Shown here piece by piece: positions 47,231 through 56,903 of a DNA stretch of 64,000 bases. The position numbers and the translations under genes were made by a program. Numbering within the stretch: the first letter of the stretch is position 1; the number at the start of each line of letters is the position of its first letter. Origin of the DNA: Acidobacteriota bacterium (GTDB taxonomy: Bacteria; Acidobacteriota; UBA6911; JACQSX01); the NCBI GenBank assembly GCA_036507075.1, contig DASXQR010000228.1, positions 1 through 64,000 on the forward strand. Reading direction: 5' to 3'. The notes beneath the pieces are model-generated. The model saw only the letters and a program-made list of their open reading frames with translations, was not told where the DNA came from and did not search any database.

Positions 47231-48460
47231 TTACCAGTTTGTTATCGATCCATCCGGCCGGCGGAACATCGGAATCGGCCGGGAAACCTGTGTCACCTCC
47301 ACAACTTTAGTTGCGCGCTCCGGATTAAATTCCACACCCAGACCAGGACGTTCATTGGGCCATAACTTGCCGTTCCTGAAATCAAAATGCGCCGGCAAAT
47401 GAGCTTCGTTACGAGGCCCTGCGCCAGTCATCTCCATCAGAACGGGAACAGATGCTGCTCCGCACGCATGGACGAGAGCCGCCGTGGATACCGGCCCGGT
47501 AAAATGCGGTATTAGTCCCACGTAATGCGTCTCGCATAATGCGGCCAGTTTCATGAATTCGGTCAAGCCTCCCACATTGGGTATGGTGACCCGCGAAAAG
47601 TCGATCAATTGCTGTTCTACCAGTTCGTTGACCTGCCATTTATCTCCATAGTGTTCGCCCACGGCTATCGGGACTTTCACCTGCTGTCGCAGCGTTCGAT
47701 ATACCCCGGCATTTTCCGAGCGAACCAGATCTTCCGTAAAAAACGGCTCAAGATCCTCAATCAGGCTGCTTAGTCGCACCGCATCGGCAAAATCAAGACG
47801 GGTGTGGTAGTCAATCGCCCAATCGCCGTCTGGACCCACTCCCTCGCGAATTTCTTTGCAGTTTTCGTGAGTCTTTCTCACCATACGCTTGGAATCGAAA
47901 GGGTTATCACGGCCCGGATCCGCGACCGACGTTCGGAAGGCGCGAAAGCCGGCTTCCATGCAGGCGCGCGCGGTTTCCTTCAGACTTCCCTTGCTCGGAA
48001 AACCGGTGGCATAACATTCCACATAGTCACGCGTCAGGCCACCCAGCAGTTGATGAACCGGCAGCCCCAGCGCTTTCCCTTTAATGTCCCACAAAGCGAG
48101 ATCGAATGCCCCAAGCGCGTGAAGTTTTTCTCTTCCCGGCGGATAAAAATAACCACGATACATCAACTGCCAGAGATGCTCGATGCGGGCAGGATCTTCG
48201 CCGATGACCATTCCGGCGAGCTGTTCGATGGTGTCCCTGGACCCTCCCTCTCCTATGCCGGTAATACCTTGATCTGTTTCGACAGTCACGATACCGGTGC
48301 TTTGGTTGAAAGTGGGCCGTTGATTGGGAACCTGATAATATCGAACCCGGACAATCTTCATTTTCTGCAGGGCTGCAGACAGCAAGGTGCTGCATTTCTG
48401 CGCAACCAGCATCGAGCCGGCCGCGTACATCATCGATTTCAGGAACTGGCGCTTGTTCAT
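47231..48460 (-). CDS. mandelate racemase/muconate lactonising family dehydratase (galactonate dehydratase-like)
   Basis: GGAGG RBS, GITGIGE, AFDLALWDIKGK, DYHTR, ED, GE, PH, PGLGVE. Confidence 0.9.
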   Translation of the reverse strand: MNKRQFLKSMMYAAGSMLVAQKCSTLLSAALQKMKIVRVRYYQVPNQRPTFNQSTGIVTVETDQGITGIGEGGSRDTIEQLAGMVIGEDPARIEHLWQLMYRGYFYPPGREKLHALGAFDLALWDIKGKALGLPVHQLLGGLTRDYVECYATGFPSKGSLKETARACMEAGFRAFRTSVADPGRDNPFDSKRMVRKTHENCKEIREGVGPDGDWAIDYHTRLDFADAVRLSSLIEDLEPFFTEDLVRSENAGVYRTLRQQVKVPIAVGEHYGDKWQVNELVEQQLIDFSRVTIPNVGGLTEFMKLAALCETHYVGLIPHFTGPVSTAALVHACGAASVPVLMEMTGAGPRNEAHLPAHFDFRNGKLWPNERPGLGVEFNPERATKVVEVTQVSRPIPMFRRPDGSITNW

Positions 48461-48551
48461 GGAGTTCCTCCCGGTTTTCTGCAACTTCCAATTCTCGTCG
48501 CAACAGAACAGAAGGTGCAAGAAACAATATTGGAAATGATAAATTGCAGGT

Positions 48552-49379
48552 ATGAAAAGGACTTTTTCACTACAAAGACACAAAAGAAGACGAGGGGCAG
48601 GCGGAATCCGGTCAATTTCGATAATACCGGGAAAGTACACACTTTCCCTGACCGGATTCCGCCTGCCCCTCGTCTTCTTTTGTGTCCTTGGTGTCTTTGT
48701 GGTGAAGATTTCCCCGCAGGCGCCCGCCAATCCAACAGCGGAACAGATTCTTGAAAAGTACGTCCAGGCCTGCGGCGGGCGCGCGGCAATCGGCGGCCTC
48801 ATCAGTCGCGTATCCAAGGGCCGCAGGATGTATTCGAACGGATCCGTCGAATGGTTCGAGCTTTACTTGAAGGCTCCCGACAAATGGCTGGCCATCTACA
48901 AGACCGATAAGAGCATGGAACGGTATGGTTTTGACGGGAGCCGCGGATGGTTTGATGCTCATTGGCCGGACATTTCCAAGCTTCCCCGCGAGGTTGATCT
49001 TTACACCCCACTCAGGCTCAGAGAATGGTATCCGGATATGAAATTCGTGGGTATTGCAAGAGTCGAGGACAGGACGACATATGTGACCGAAGGAAGCTGG
49101 TCCGGGCGCCCGCCCGATCGCTATTACTTTGATGCTGAAACGGGGCTGTTGCTGCGGCAGGATGACAGAGCGCGCACCACCGTCTCCCGCGGCTCAGATT
49201 CGAAGACTCAAGAGACTGCAAACAAGCCGGTCGAGTATTACTTCAGCCAATATCGAAGTGTGAAAGGCGTCAAGTTGCCCTTTGTCGTCAGACGCAAAGA
49301 CAGCAGCGGAGTTCGCACCGAGATTTTCCATGAGATCCGGCACGACGTGCCGATACCGGATTCGAAGTTCTGGCGTTAA
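48552..49379 (+). CDS. exported LolA-fold/lipoprotein-sorting-like hypothetical protein
   Basis: PTAEQILEKYV.A.GG, YYFD.ETGLL.R, Y.SV.GVKLPF; N-terminus is encoded by a palindromic element. Confidence 0.75.
   Translation: MKRTFSLQRHKRRRGAGGIRSISIIPGKYTLSLTGFRLPLVFFCVLGVFVVKISPQAPANPTAEQILEKYVQACGGRAAIGGLISRVSKGRRMYSNGSVEWFELYLKAPDKWLAIYKTDKSMERYGFDGSRGWFDAHWPDISKLPREVDLYTPLRLREWYPDMKFVGIARVEDRTTYVTEGSWSGRPPDRYYFDAETGLLLRQDDRARTTVSRGSDSKTQETANKPVEYYFSQYRSVKGVKLPFVVRRKDSSGVRTEIFHEIRHDVPIPDSKFWR
48566..48706. repeat. palindrome with ACAAAG arms and a perfect 38-bp stem, inside a CDS
   Basis: 48577-48614 is the exact reverse complement of 48649-48686. Confidence 0.92.
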
Positions 49380-49424
49380 AAAACCTCTCGCCTGCCAAGC
49401 TAGAATCAAAGCAGGGGAGATAAC

Positions 49425-49868
49425 ATGCTTCGCAAACTGATCGAAACAGATGATAGCCTCGCTGGTTTTGTGCTGAGAATAATGTTGGGAATTGTCTTCT
49501 TTCCTCATGGCGCCCAGAAGATGCTCGGATGGTATGGCGGTCAAGGCCTCCAAACCACCATCGCGGGCTTCGGCTCCCAGGGAATACCTGCATTCCTGGC
49601 CTACCTTGTCGTCTTCGCGGAATTCTTCGGCTCGCTGGGCCTCGTCCTGGGCCTGCTGACCAGAATCGCGGCACTAGGTATCGCAGTGATCATGGCAGTG
49701 GCAATTTTCATGGTTCATATCCGCTTCGGATTTTTCATGAACTGGGTTGGCAATCAGCCCGGTGAAGGGTTTGAATACCACTTGCTGGCAATAGCGATCG
49801 CCGTGGCTTTACTGATCCGTGGCGGCGAGCGGTGGTCCATCGATGGCTGGCTCGCCCGCCGCAGCTAG
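49425..49868 (+). CDS. DoxX family membrane protein
   Basis: LRIMLG..FFPHGAQK..GWYGG, AEF.G, LLTRIAA, GEGFEYHLL. Confidence 0.93.
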   Translation: MLRKLIETDDSLAGFVLRIMLGIVFFPHGAQKMLGWYGGQGLQTTIAGFGSQGIPAFLAYLVVFAEFFGSLGLVLGLLTRIAALGIAVIMAVAIFMVHIRFGFFMNWVGNQPGEGFEYHLLAIAIAVALLIRGGERWSIDGWLARRS

Positions 49869-49875
49869 ACGCCCT

Positions 49876-49928
49876 GAATTGGGGGACAGTCCCCTTTTTG
49901 AATTGAATTGGGGGACAGTCCCCTTTTT
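49876..49928. repeat. tandem GAATTGGGGGACAGTCCCCTTTTT doublet
   Basis: Two 24-nt copies; related to GGGGTCTGTCCCCTTTTT at ~42534. Confidence 0.85.
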
Positions 49929-49954
49929 TCCCCAATTAGGCGCCAGAATAAGGG

Positions 49955-51592
49955 ATGAGGCAAGAGGCTGTCTCTCGATGGATTCTCACCTTGGCTACAC
50001 TGGGGAGCGGCCTGATCACGCTTTTTTCTCTAATGAAACCTCCCCTTCCGGCCCGCGCCGCCTTGCTGCATAGCGTATTCCCTCTGGAGTTTCTGCAACT
50101 GTCCCGTTTTTCGACGCTGTTGACCGGTTTTGCCCTCGTGATCTCCTCGGTCAACATTTACAGGCGTAAACGGCGTGCCTACCAGATCGTCCTGGTGCTG
50201 TCGATGCTGTCGATCCTCTTCCACCTCACTAAGGGACTTGACTATGAAGAAGCCCTGTTTTCTCTTCTTTTGCTTTGCCTCCTGCTCTGCACGCGCAGGA
50301 GCTTTACGGTAAGCAGCAGCTTGCCGGATTTGCGTTCAGAATTGATCCGGCTGGGTATTGCCGCGATCGTTGCTTTTGGCTACGGCGTGGGTGGTTTCTG
50401 GCTTCTTGACCGGCGTGAGTTTGGCGTCAATTTCACACTTGCAGATTCCATTCATCGAACGCTCCTGTTTCTCGCCTTGATCGGAGATCCGCATATCGCT
50501 CCTCATACGCGTCATGCCCGGTGGTTTTTGGAATCGCTCTATCTGATCACCATCACCGCCTCCGGGTATTCCGTCTTCGCCCTTTTTCGGCCCGCTCTTT
50601 ACCGCTTTACTACTCTTCCCAGAGAACGCGCGACTGCGACCGCGATCTTGCGCCAGCACGGACGTTCGGCTTTGGACTACTTCAAAAACTGGCCGGATAA
50701 GTCTTTTTTCTTTTCGGATTCAGAAAAGTCCTTTATCGCCTATTCGGTGGGGTCAAATTTCGCCGTGGTGCTGGGAGACCCGGTGGGCCCGGAAGAGGAA
50801 ATGGAGCTTGTAATTCGCAGGTTTTCGACGTTTTGCAGAGAAAACGACTGGCGCCTGGCCTTTCATGCGACGCTGCCCGACTTTCTTCCGATCTACCGCA
50901 GGTTGGGCTTCAAGAAACTAAAAGTGGGAGACGATGCCGTCGTGGACTTGGCGCAATTCGATCTGGCTGGAAAATCCATGAAAAAAATACGCCATACTAT
51001 TCGTTCGATTGAGAATGAGAGGGTTCGCACTATCCGGCACGAGCCGCCCATTCCGGATTCTATTCTGGCAGAAGTGAAGGCGGTGTCCGATGAATGGCTC
51101 AAGATTCCCGGGCGCCGGGAGCGCAGATTCTCCCTGGGCATGTTTGATCCCGGCTACCTTAGATCAACACCATTGTTCACCGCCGAGCGGGAGGATGGCC
51201 GCGTGCTGGCATTCGTAAACATCATCCCGTCCTACCGAAAGGGTGAGGCGACCGTGGATTTGATGAGACGACGCACCGATGCGCCCAACGGGATCATGGA
51301 TTTTCTCTTCATCAAGCTCTTCCTCCACTTCAAACAAAGCGGCTTCGAACGTTTCAACCTGGGAATGGCGCCGATGGCGGGTTTTCAAGCCCGGGAAGAA
51401 GCGTCAGTCGAGGAGCGCGCAGTGCACTTTTTCTTCCAGAGAATGAATTTTCTTTTCAGTTATCGTGGGTTGCACGAATATAAAGCGAAATTTGCAACTC
51501 ACTGGGAGCCGCGCTACGAAATTTATCGCAGGGCGCTTGATCTGCCCCGCCTTGCCATCGCGCTCGGAAAAATCGCCGAAGTTGGTCGCTAG
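49955..51592 (+). CDS. aminoacyl-phosphatidylglycerol synthase domain protein (MprF/LysX DUF2156)
   Basis: TM region with KGLDYEEA; DKSFFF, LGDPVGP, KVGDDA, DLMRR...PNGIMDFLF, LGMAP, KAKF...WEPRY. Confidence 0.9.
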   Translation: MRQEAVSRWILTLATLGSGLITLFSLMKPPLPARAALLHSVFPLEFLQLSRFSTLLTGFALVISSVNIYRRKRRAYQIVLVLSMLSILFHLTKGLDYEEALFSLLLLCLLLCTRRSFTVSSSLPDLRSELIRLGIAAIVAFGYGVGGFWLLDRREFGVNFTLADSIHRTLLFLALIGDPHIAPHTRHARWFLESLYLITITASGYSVFALFRPALYRFTTLPRERATATAILRQHGRSALDYFKNWPDKSFFFSDSEKSFIAYSVGSNFAVVLGDPVGPEEEMELVIRRFSTFCRENDWRLAFHATLPDFLPIYRRLGFKKLKVGDDAVVDLAQFDLAGKSMKKIRHTIRSIENERVRTIRHEPPIPDSILAEVKAVSDEWLKIPGRRERRFSLGMFDPGYLRSTPLFTAEREDGRVLAFVNIIPSYRKGEATVDLMRRRTDAPNGIMDFLFIKLFLHFKQSGFERFNLGMAPMAGFQAREEASVEERAVHFFFQRMNFLFSYRGLHEYKAKFATHWEPRYEIYRRALDLPRLAIALGKIAEVGR

Positions 51593-51654
51593 TACCCAAT
51601 ACTGTAAATTCGCGTAGGATTTCTGGCCGCTGATTTACACAAACAACACAGATC

Positions 51655-52650
51655 TTGAAACTCACCATCCCACCGACACGCTGGCTGAGAATGCTTCTAA
51701 GTTATTTTCTAGCCCTGGTCTGTCTGGTCTGGGTTTTTCACGACGTTCAGATAAGGGTCTTCCTGGGCAGCTTCCGGCGCATTCGATGGGTATGGATGAT
51801 GGCGGCGATTCTACTGGACATCCTGAGTTACGTTTGCCAAGGGATGCGCTGGGAGCGCCTGCTGCGACCGGTGGGGGCAATATCGTGGCGGCGCGCAACT
51901 CAGGCCATTTATGCGGGACTTTTTACCAGCGAAATACTTCCCATGCGTCCGGGAGAATGGATCCGGGCTTACCTGGTCTCTCACTGGCTAGGCTGCCGGT
52001 TTGCAGCCGTTCTTCCATCGCTTGCTACCGAGCGCCTGATCGACGGCTTCTGGCTGGCAATCGCCTTCGGATTAACCGCCATGTTGTATCCACTTCCCAA
52101 AAACATTCTTCGCGCGGGCGATGTCCTTGGAGGGCTGGTCCTTGTGGGAACCGGCCTGATCGGCTACATTATCTTCAGAAAAAGAAACGCACCGGAGACG
52201 GGCGGCGATGCGGCGAAAGCGGAGCCGGGCTTCTTTACCCAGCTGGCTGACGGGCTCAACAGCATTGGCACATCCCGTTTTTTATTATCCGCGTCGGCGT
52301 TTTCACTGTTATTGCTCGTATTTCAGGCGCTGGCTTTTTTCACAGTGCTGCGAGGGTGTCGACTGCAGATCTCCTTGTGGCCTGCGGCGGTGGTTTTCCT
52401 GATCGTGCATTTAGGAACCGCGGTTCCCAACGCGCCGGGAAACGTCGGTACATACCAGTTCTTCTGTGTGACCGGCCTGCAGCTCTTTGGCGTGGATAAA
52501 AACCTGGCCGCCGGTTTTTCTGTGATCGTATTCGTAATCCTGACACTGCCGCTCTTGGCTATCGGCTACTTTGCTCTGGCACGCAGCGGGATGAGCATGG
52601 CAATAATTCGAAATACGGTCACAAAGAGAGCGCGTCAGCCCCATCCTTGA
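51655..52650 (+). CDS. lysylphosphatidylglycerol synthase TM/flippase-like (UPF0104) protein
   Basis: RW..LL, LPMRPGE..R, ERL.D, PNAPGNVG; start may be 51691. Confidence 0.88.
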   Translation: MKLTIPPTRWLRMLLSYFLALVCLVWVFHDVQIRVFLGSFRRIRWVWMMAAILLDILSYVCQGMRWERLLRPVGAISWRRATQAIYAGLFTSEILPMRPGEWIRAYLVSHWLGCRFAAVLPSLATERLIDGFWLAIAFGLTAMLYPLPKNILRAGDVLGGLVLVGTGLIGYIIFRKRNAPETGGDAAKAEPGFFTQLADGLNSIGTSRFLLSASAFSLLLLVFQALAFFTVLRGCRLQISLWPAAVVFLIVHLGTAVPNAPGNVGTYQFFCVTGLQLFGVDKNLAAGFSVIVFVILTLPLLAIGYFALARSGMSMAIIRNTVTKRARQPHP

Positions 52651-52683
52651 CGACTTTCGGCCTGACAGGTAACCTTACTCCTG

Positions 52684-53205
52684 ATGAAGTGGATAACCCG
52701 CAGCAACGTGAAAGTGGACCGGGTCGCTTGCCCCTGGCTGATTCTCCGGTTCATCGATCCGGACGCCAAATTCATTTTCGTAAAGGAAGACGAGTTGCTG
52801 GAATCAGCTCGCCGGGAGAGCGCCATCCCGTTTGATGCAAACCGATTCACCGAAGTGAAACTGAACCACCGGGGAGACCATTGCACTTTTGAGACCATCG
52901 TTGAAGAGTTCAAGTTAACTGAGCCGGCACTGACCCGGCTTGGATTTATCATCCGCGCGGCCGACATCAAAGGGCAGGAACACGTGGCTCCCGAGGGACG
53001 GGGCTTGCGAGCCGTGGCAGAAGGCTTTGCGCGGCTCGGAATCAGCGATGAAGAAAGATTGGTCTGTCAGTTTCCGATCTATGACGCTCTCCTGGCTTAC
53101 GTGAAAGGCATCGGGGCCTCTGAGACGGGAAGTGGAAGGCGGAAGGCGGAAAGCGGAAGGCGGAAGGGGCGGAATTCTTTGCCGCCGTCAGAACCGCGGG
53201 CGTAA
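52684..53205 (+). CDS. chromate resistance ChrB C-terminal domain protein
   Basis: MKWITR...VDR.ACPWLI.RFIDP.A.F.FV, PFD, H.GD.CTFE, YDAL. Confidence 0.9.
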   Translation: MKWITRSNVKVDRVACPWLILRFIDPDAKFIFVKEDELLESARRESAIPFDANRFTEVKLNHRGDHCTFETIVEEFKLTEPALTRLGFIIRAADIKGQEHVAPEGRGLRAVAEGFARLGISDEERLVCQFPIYDALLAYVKGIGASETGSGRRKAESGRRKGRNSLPPSEPRA

Positions 53206-53218
53206 GAACATGGGAAGA

Positions 53219-53256
53219 AATCGACGCCACCGGGGCAAAGCCCGGTGGCGTCGATT
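53219..53256. terminator. 16-bp hairpin between convergent genes (REP-like/terminator)
   Basis: AATCGACGCCACCGGG...CCCGGTGGCGTCGATT. Confidence 0.7.
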
Positions 53257-53264
53257 GTTTCACA

Positions 53265-55829
53265 TCATTCATGCCTTAAAACTACCAGCGGCTTGCGATT
53301 CAGGATGGGAATACAGGCCAACCAACCCGTCAGCGTGGTCAGCGCGGCGGTCCCAAATACGGCTGCCGCCAACGGGATCCATTGGAAGTGATACTCGGCC
53401 TCCAGTAGATATTCCATCAGGAATTTGGCCAGCAGCGCCGATAAGATGCTGCCGGCAAGCCCTCCGGCTAAGCCGAGCACGCAAAATTCCATCGCCAGTA
53501 TTAAAGAGACTTTCCCCCGTGTGGCCCCGAGAATTTTCAACAGGGCGGTCTCATGTTCGCGCCGATAGCGCGACGCAATAATGCTGGAAACGAGAATGGC
53601 GCTCCCCGTCACCAGTACAAAAGCCGCCACGAATTGAATCAGCGTCGAGATACGATTCACAAAAGCTTGAATGATTGCCAGGATTTCGGAAATGTTGATC
53701 GACGTGACAGTGGGGAGCTTTTCAAACAGCCTGCTTTGCAGCTTCGCTATCTTGTCCGGATAAGCCCGGACATTCCCCACATAGGTCACGGGCAGGCCGC
53801 GCAGTGCTTCCGGGCTGAAAATGAACTGATTGTTGGCTCCCGGACGGATTGACTCGGTCTCCCTCACGCTGGTGGCAATTCCCTGCACCACCTGGCCGCC
53901 CGCGCGAAACTCCAAAACGTCACCCAACCGGATGCCCAGAGACCGGGCGGCGAATTGTCCCACCGAGATCTCGGCTTTTGGCGGTTGCCCTTTCCACCAA
54001 CGCCCTGAAATTAAATTATTGTGAGTCGGAATGTCTTTGGCGGAGGTCAGCGAGAACTCGATGCGCGCAAAACGCTTTCCGTCTTCGTCCAGATCTTTTA
54101 CCTGGATTTCTTTGCCATTGATAGAAGTCAGCCTCGCCGGGACGGCGGCGATGGGCTGCCCGGCATCGATTACCTCCGGAGAGGAGCGAAGAAACTCCCA
54201 CAACGGAGGGCGTTGCTGCTCGCTGATACCGATGAGAATCAGGTTGGGAAAATCAGCAGGAGCGCTTCTCACAAACTGCCGCACCAGAGAGACCTGCAGC
54301 AAGTGGATTGTCAGCGTGAGCATTACACCCAGCGCAATCACAGCGAAAATCAAATGGGCCTGGCTGCCGGGCCTGTGCAGATTGGCCATCCCGTAACGCA
54401 AAGCCTTCGATTTGCCTGCAGGTAGAACTGCAAAACGGAACAGCAATTTCCCGAGCGCTGTCAGCAGCGTGTAGATCAATACCAGCCCGCCGACGAACCC
54501 GAAACCCCGGCGCCAGGAATGTGACAGCCAGGCAGCGATCGCTCCGATAACAATCAGATTCACCAGAAGAATCACAAGCGGCAGCCATAGTTTCGAGGTC
54601 CTTGCTCTCTCCGACTGCACATGACGTCTGAAGATTTGCGCTGCCTTGACGTGCCTGATCGTGAGCAGCGAAGGAAGCACCATCACCGTGGTGCTCAACA
54701 GGCCGATAGCGAATCCCTGCGCCAGAATCGCAGCATGCAGTTCCGGTTTCGTGCGCAGATCCAGAAGCCCCCGCAAAAGTGTTGGAAAAAGCAATTGAAC
54801 CGCCGCTCCGGCCGCCAGGCCCAGCACGCCGCCGCCGGCTGCGATCAGCAGTGTCTGCGTGAGATAAACGCGGAGCAACTGCCCCGAGCGCGCCCCCAGA
54901 CTTTTCATGATTGCGATGGTGTCCAACTTCTGTTGCAGATACGCATGCATCGCCATGGTTACGCCGAGACCTCCCACCAACAGCGCCATCAGTCCGGTAA
55001 GACTGAGAAAAATGGTCACACGCTCCAGTCCGCGACTGAGATTGGGATTGGGATCGCGGTAATCGGTGACGCGAAAACGGGGAGAACGCGCACCTTTCAG
55101 AATTCGAAGCGCCTCATCCAGATCAAGGCCGCGAACAGGAAGGCGCACCATGTAGCTGTGGCCCGCGCGACTGCCGAATCCCAACAGCGCAGCCTTTCTC
55201 AAGGACTGATGCGAGAGCAGGACACGCGGTCCAAATTCCAGTCCTGAGGCAAGGCGGTCAGGTTCCTTCACCAGAACGGCAGCTATGGGAAGTTCGGTGT
55301 TGCCGATCCGAACCTGGTCTCCCACTCTGGCCTTCAAACGAATCAGCAGATCACGCGACACCACAACGGTGTCCTGAAGCATCGGCAACAGCGGAACGTT
55401 CGGCTCCAGTTGCAGCGTGCCAAAGAATGGATATCCAGGCTCGACCGCCTTCAGTGAAGCAAGAACCGGGGCGCCCGGGAATTGTTGCCCTCCCTCTGCG
55501 GCGGCAGACGGGTCAAAAGCCCCGCGGCGTTTTGAAATCCCCACCATTGAGACCGTCTCGATAGCATGCGAGATTTCAGCTCCGCGCCCGCTCAACTGTT
55601 CGATCACTCTCTGCTCGCCGGCTTCCAGCGGCGTGCTGGTGCGGATTCGAATATCGCCTCCGATTAACTGGCGACCTTCTCGCAGCAACGATTGGTGCAG
55701 AGCACGACTGAAGCCCTGGACACCCGTGACCGCACCCACTCCTAGAGCTGCGCCCACAATGGCGACCAGGAATTTCCGCCACGACGCTTTAAATTCGCGT
55801 CGGGCCATTTTGAGAACAAACATAATCAC
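53265..55829 (-). CDS. YbbP-like FtsX/MacB-family ABC permease
   Basis: LIGGD, LKAV..GYPF.G, GPR, A.MKSLGA and LKILGA duplicated FtsX units. Confidence 0.9.
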   Translation of the reverse strand: MIMFVLKMARREFKASWRKFLVAIVGAALGVGAVTGVQGFSRALHQSLLREGRQLIGGDIRIRTSTPLEAGEQRVIEQLSGRGAEISHAIETVSMVGISKRRGAFDPSAAAEGGQQFPGAPVLASLKAVEPGYPFFGTLQLEPNVPLLPMLQDTVVVSRDLLIRLKARVGDQVRIGNTELPIAAVLVKEPDRLASGLEFGPRVLLSHQSLRKAALLGFGSRAGHSYMVRLPVRGLDLDEALRILKGARSPRFRVTDYRDPNPNLSRGLERVTIFLSLTGLMALLVGGLGVTMAMHAYLQQKLDTIAIMKSLGARSGQLLRVYLTQTLLIAAGGGVLGLAAGAAVQLLFPTLLRGLLDLRTKPELHAAILAQGFAIGLLSTTVMVLPSLLTIRHVKAAQIFRRHVQSERARTSKLWLPLVILLVNLIVIGAIAAWLSHSWRRGFGFVGGLVLIYTLLTALGKLLFRFAVLPAGKSKALRYGMANLHRPGSQAHLIFAVIALGVMLTLTIHLLQVSLVRQFVRSAPADFPNLILIGISEQQRPPLWEFLRSSPEVIDAGQPIAAVPARLTSINGKEIQVKDLDEDGKRFARIEFSLTSAKDIPTHNNLISGRWWKGQPPKAEISVGQFAARSLGIRLGDVLEFRAGGQVVQGIATSVRETESIRPGANNQFIFSPEALRGLPVTYVGNVRAYPDKIAKLQSRLFEKLPTVTSINISEILAIIQAFVNRISTLIQFVAAFVLVTGSAILVSSIIASRYRREHETALLKILGATRGKVSLILAMEFCVLGLAGGLAGSILSALLAKFLMEYLLEAEYHFQWIPLAAAVFGTAALTTLTGWLACIPILNRKPLVVLRHE

Positions 55830-55870
55830 CAGTCAGCCATGAAGGTTCCTCGGTCGTGTTGCTCTGGGAC

Positions 55871-56058
55871 CGGAATGCGGAATGGGGAATGGGGAATGCG
55901 GAATGCGGCTCTCCATGTTGCACTTCTGCATTGCTCCCGGTGGTATTTGCAAGATCGAGGGTCCGCTTGCTTACGCACGCGGTTCTGATGGTGGTGTGGA
56001 GAAGTCCGCCCTTTCCGCATTCTCCATTCCGCATTCCGCATTCCCCATTCCGCATTCC
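55871..56058. repeat. (GGAATGS)n/(CATTCCS)n palindrome enclosing a REP-like unit
   Basis: Inner CCGCTTGCTTACGCACGCGGTTCTG at 55963-55987. Confidence 0.88.
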
Positions 56059-56062
56059 AAGC

Positions 56063-56731
56063 CTAATTCGTCTTCACTATCAAACCGTCCTTCATGTAAA
56101 TCTTGCGGTCCACTGATTCAATCAGCACCGCGTCGTGAGTGACGACTACCAGTGTGCTTCCTTCCTGCCTATTCAGCTTCAGCAGCAAATCGAGAACCAT
56201 CTGCCCGTTAACGCTGTCCAGGTTTCCAGTCGGCTCGTCGGCCAGTAAAATCGGGGGGCGGGCCACAAATGCGCGCGCCAGCGCCACGCGCTGCTGTTCG
56301 CCGCCCGACAACTGCACCGGATAATGCTGCCTGCGATCACCTAACCCGACCTCGTCGAGCAGCCCACGAGCCCGCTTCTGCGCCGAGTTTGTATCTCCCA
56401 GGAGCTCCAGCGGCAGAATCACGTTTTCTTCGGCTGTCAGCGTGGGAATCAGGTTGTAGGACTGAAAAACAAAACCGAGGGTTCGGGCTCGCAGCAGAGC
56501 CAGCTCGTCTTCATTCAACCGGGTAATGTCACGCCCGTCCAGGAGAACAGTTCCGGAGGTGGGCGAGTCCAGTCCGGCGATCAACCCCAGCAACGTGCTC
56601 TTCCCGCTTCCAGACGGGCCGACGATAACAATCGCTTCGCCACGTTTCACATGCAGGTCGATTCCCCGGAGAATTTCCACGGGTTTGTCGCCTGAAAAGA
56701 GGGTCTTTGTTAATTTTTCGATTTTGATCAT
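56063..56731 (-). CDS. YbbA/LolD-like ABC ATP-binding protein
   Basis: [33 protein letters not shown]. Confidence 0.95.
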   Translation of the reverse strand: MIKIEKLTKTLFSGDKPVEILRGIDLHVKRGEAIVIVGPSGSGKSTLLGLIAGLDSPTSGTVLLDGRDITRLNEDELALLRARTLGFVFQSYNLIPTLTAEENVILPLELLGDTNSAQKRARGLLDEVGLGDRRQHYPVQLSGGEQQRVALARAFVARPPILLADEPTGNLDSVNGQMVLDLLLKLNRQEGSTLVVVTHDAVLIESVDRKIYMKDGLIVKTN

Positions 56732-56735
56732 AACT

Positions 56736-56875
56736 AACCGCGAAGGCGCGAAGACGCGAAAGCAAACGTTGCCCTAGTCTTTGCTGAGTGGCCAGAACGC
56801 AGACATTTCAGTACTTAATCCCATTTGAGTAGCCGAGCAATCTCACTGATTTAGCGCTTTCGTGCCTTCGCGGTT
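56736..56875. repeat. palindrome with AACC-GCGAAG arms in a divergent promoter region
   Basis: AACCGCGAAGGCGCGAAG...TTTCGTGCCTTCGCGGTT. Confidence 0.8.
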
Positions 56876-56903
56876 TCCCTCGCATTTATATAATAGGCAG
56901 GAC

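Noticed and set aside
55826..55840. Mini-ORF MADW* with GAGGA RBS overlapping the permease GTG
   Set aside because: Could be a coupling device or an old frameshift, but it is too short to support.
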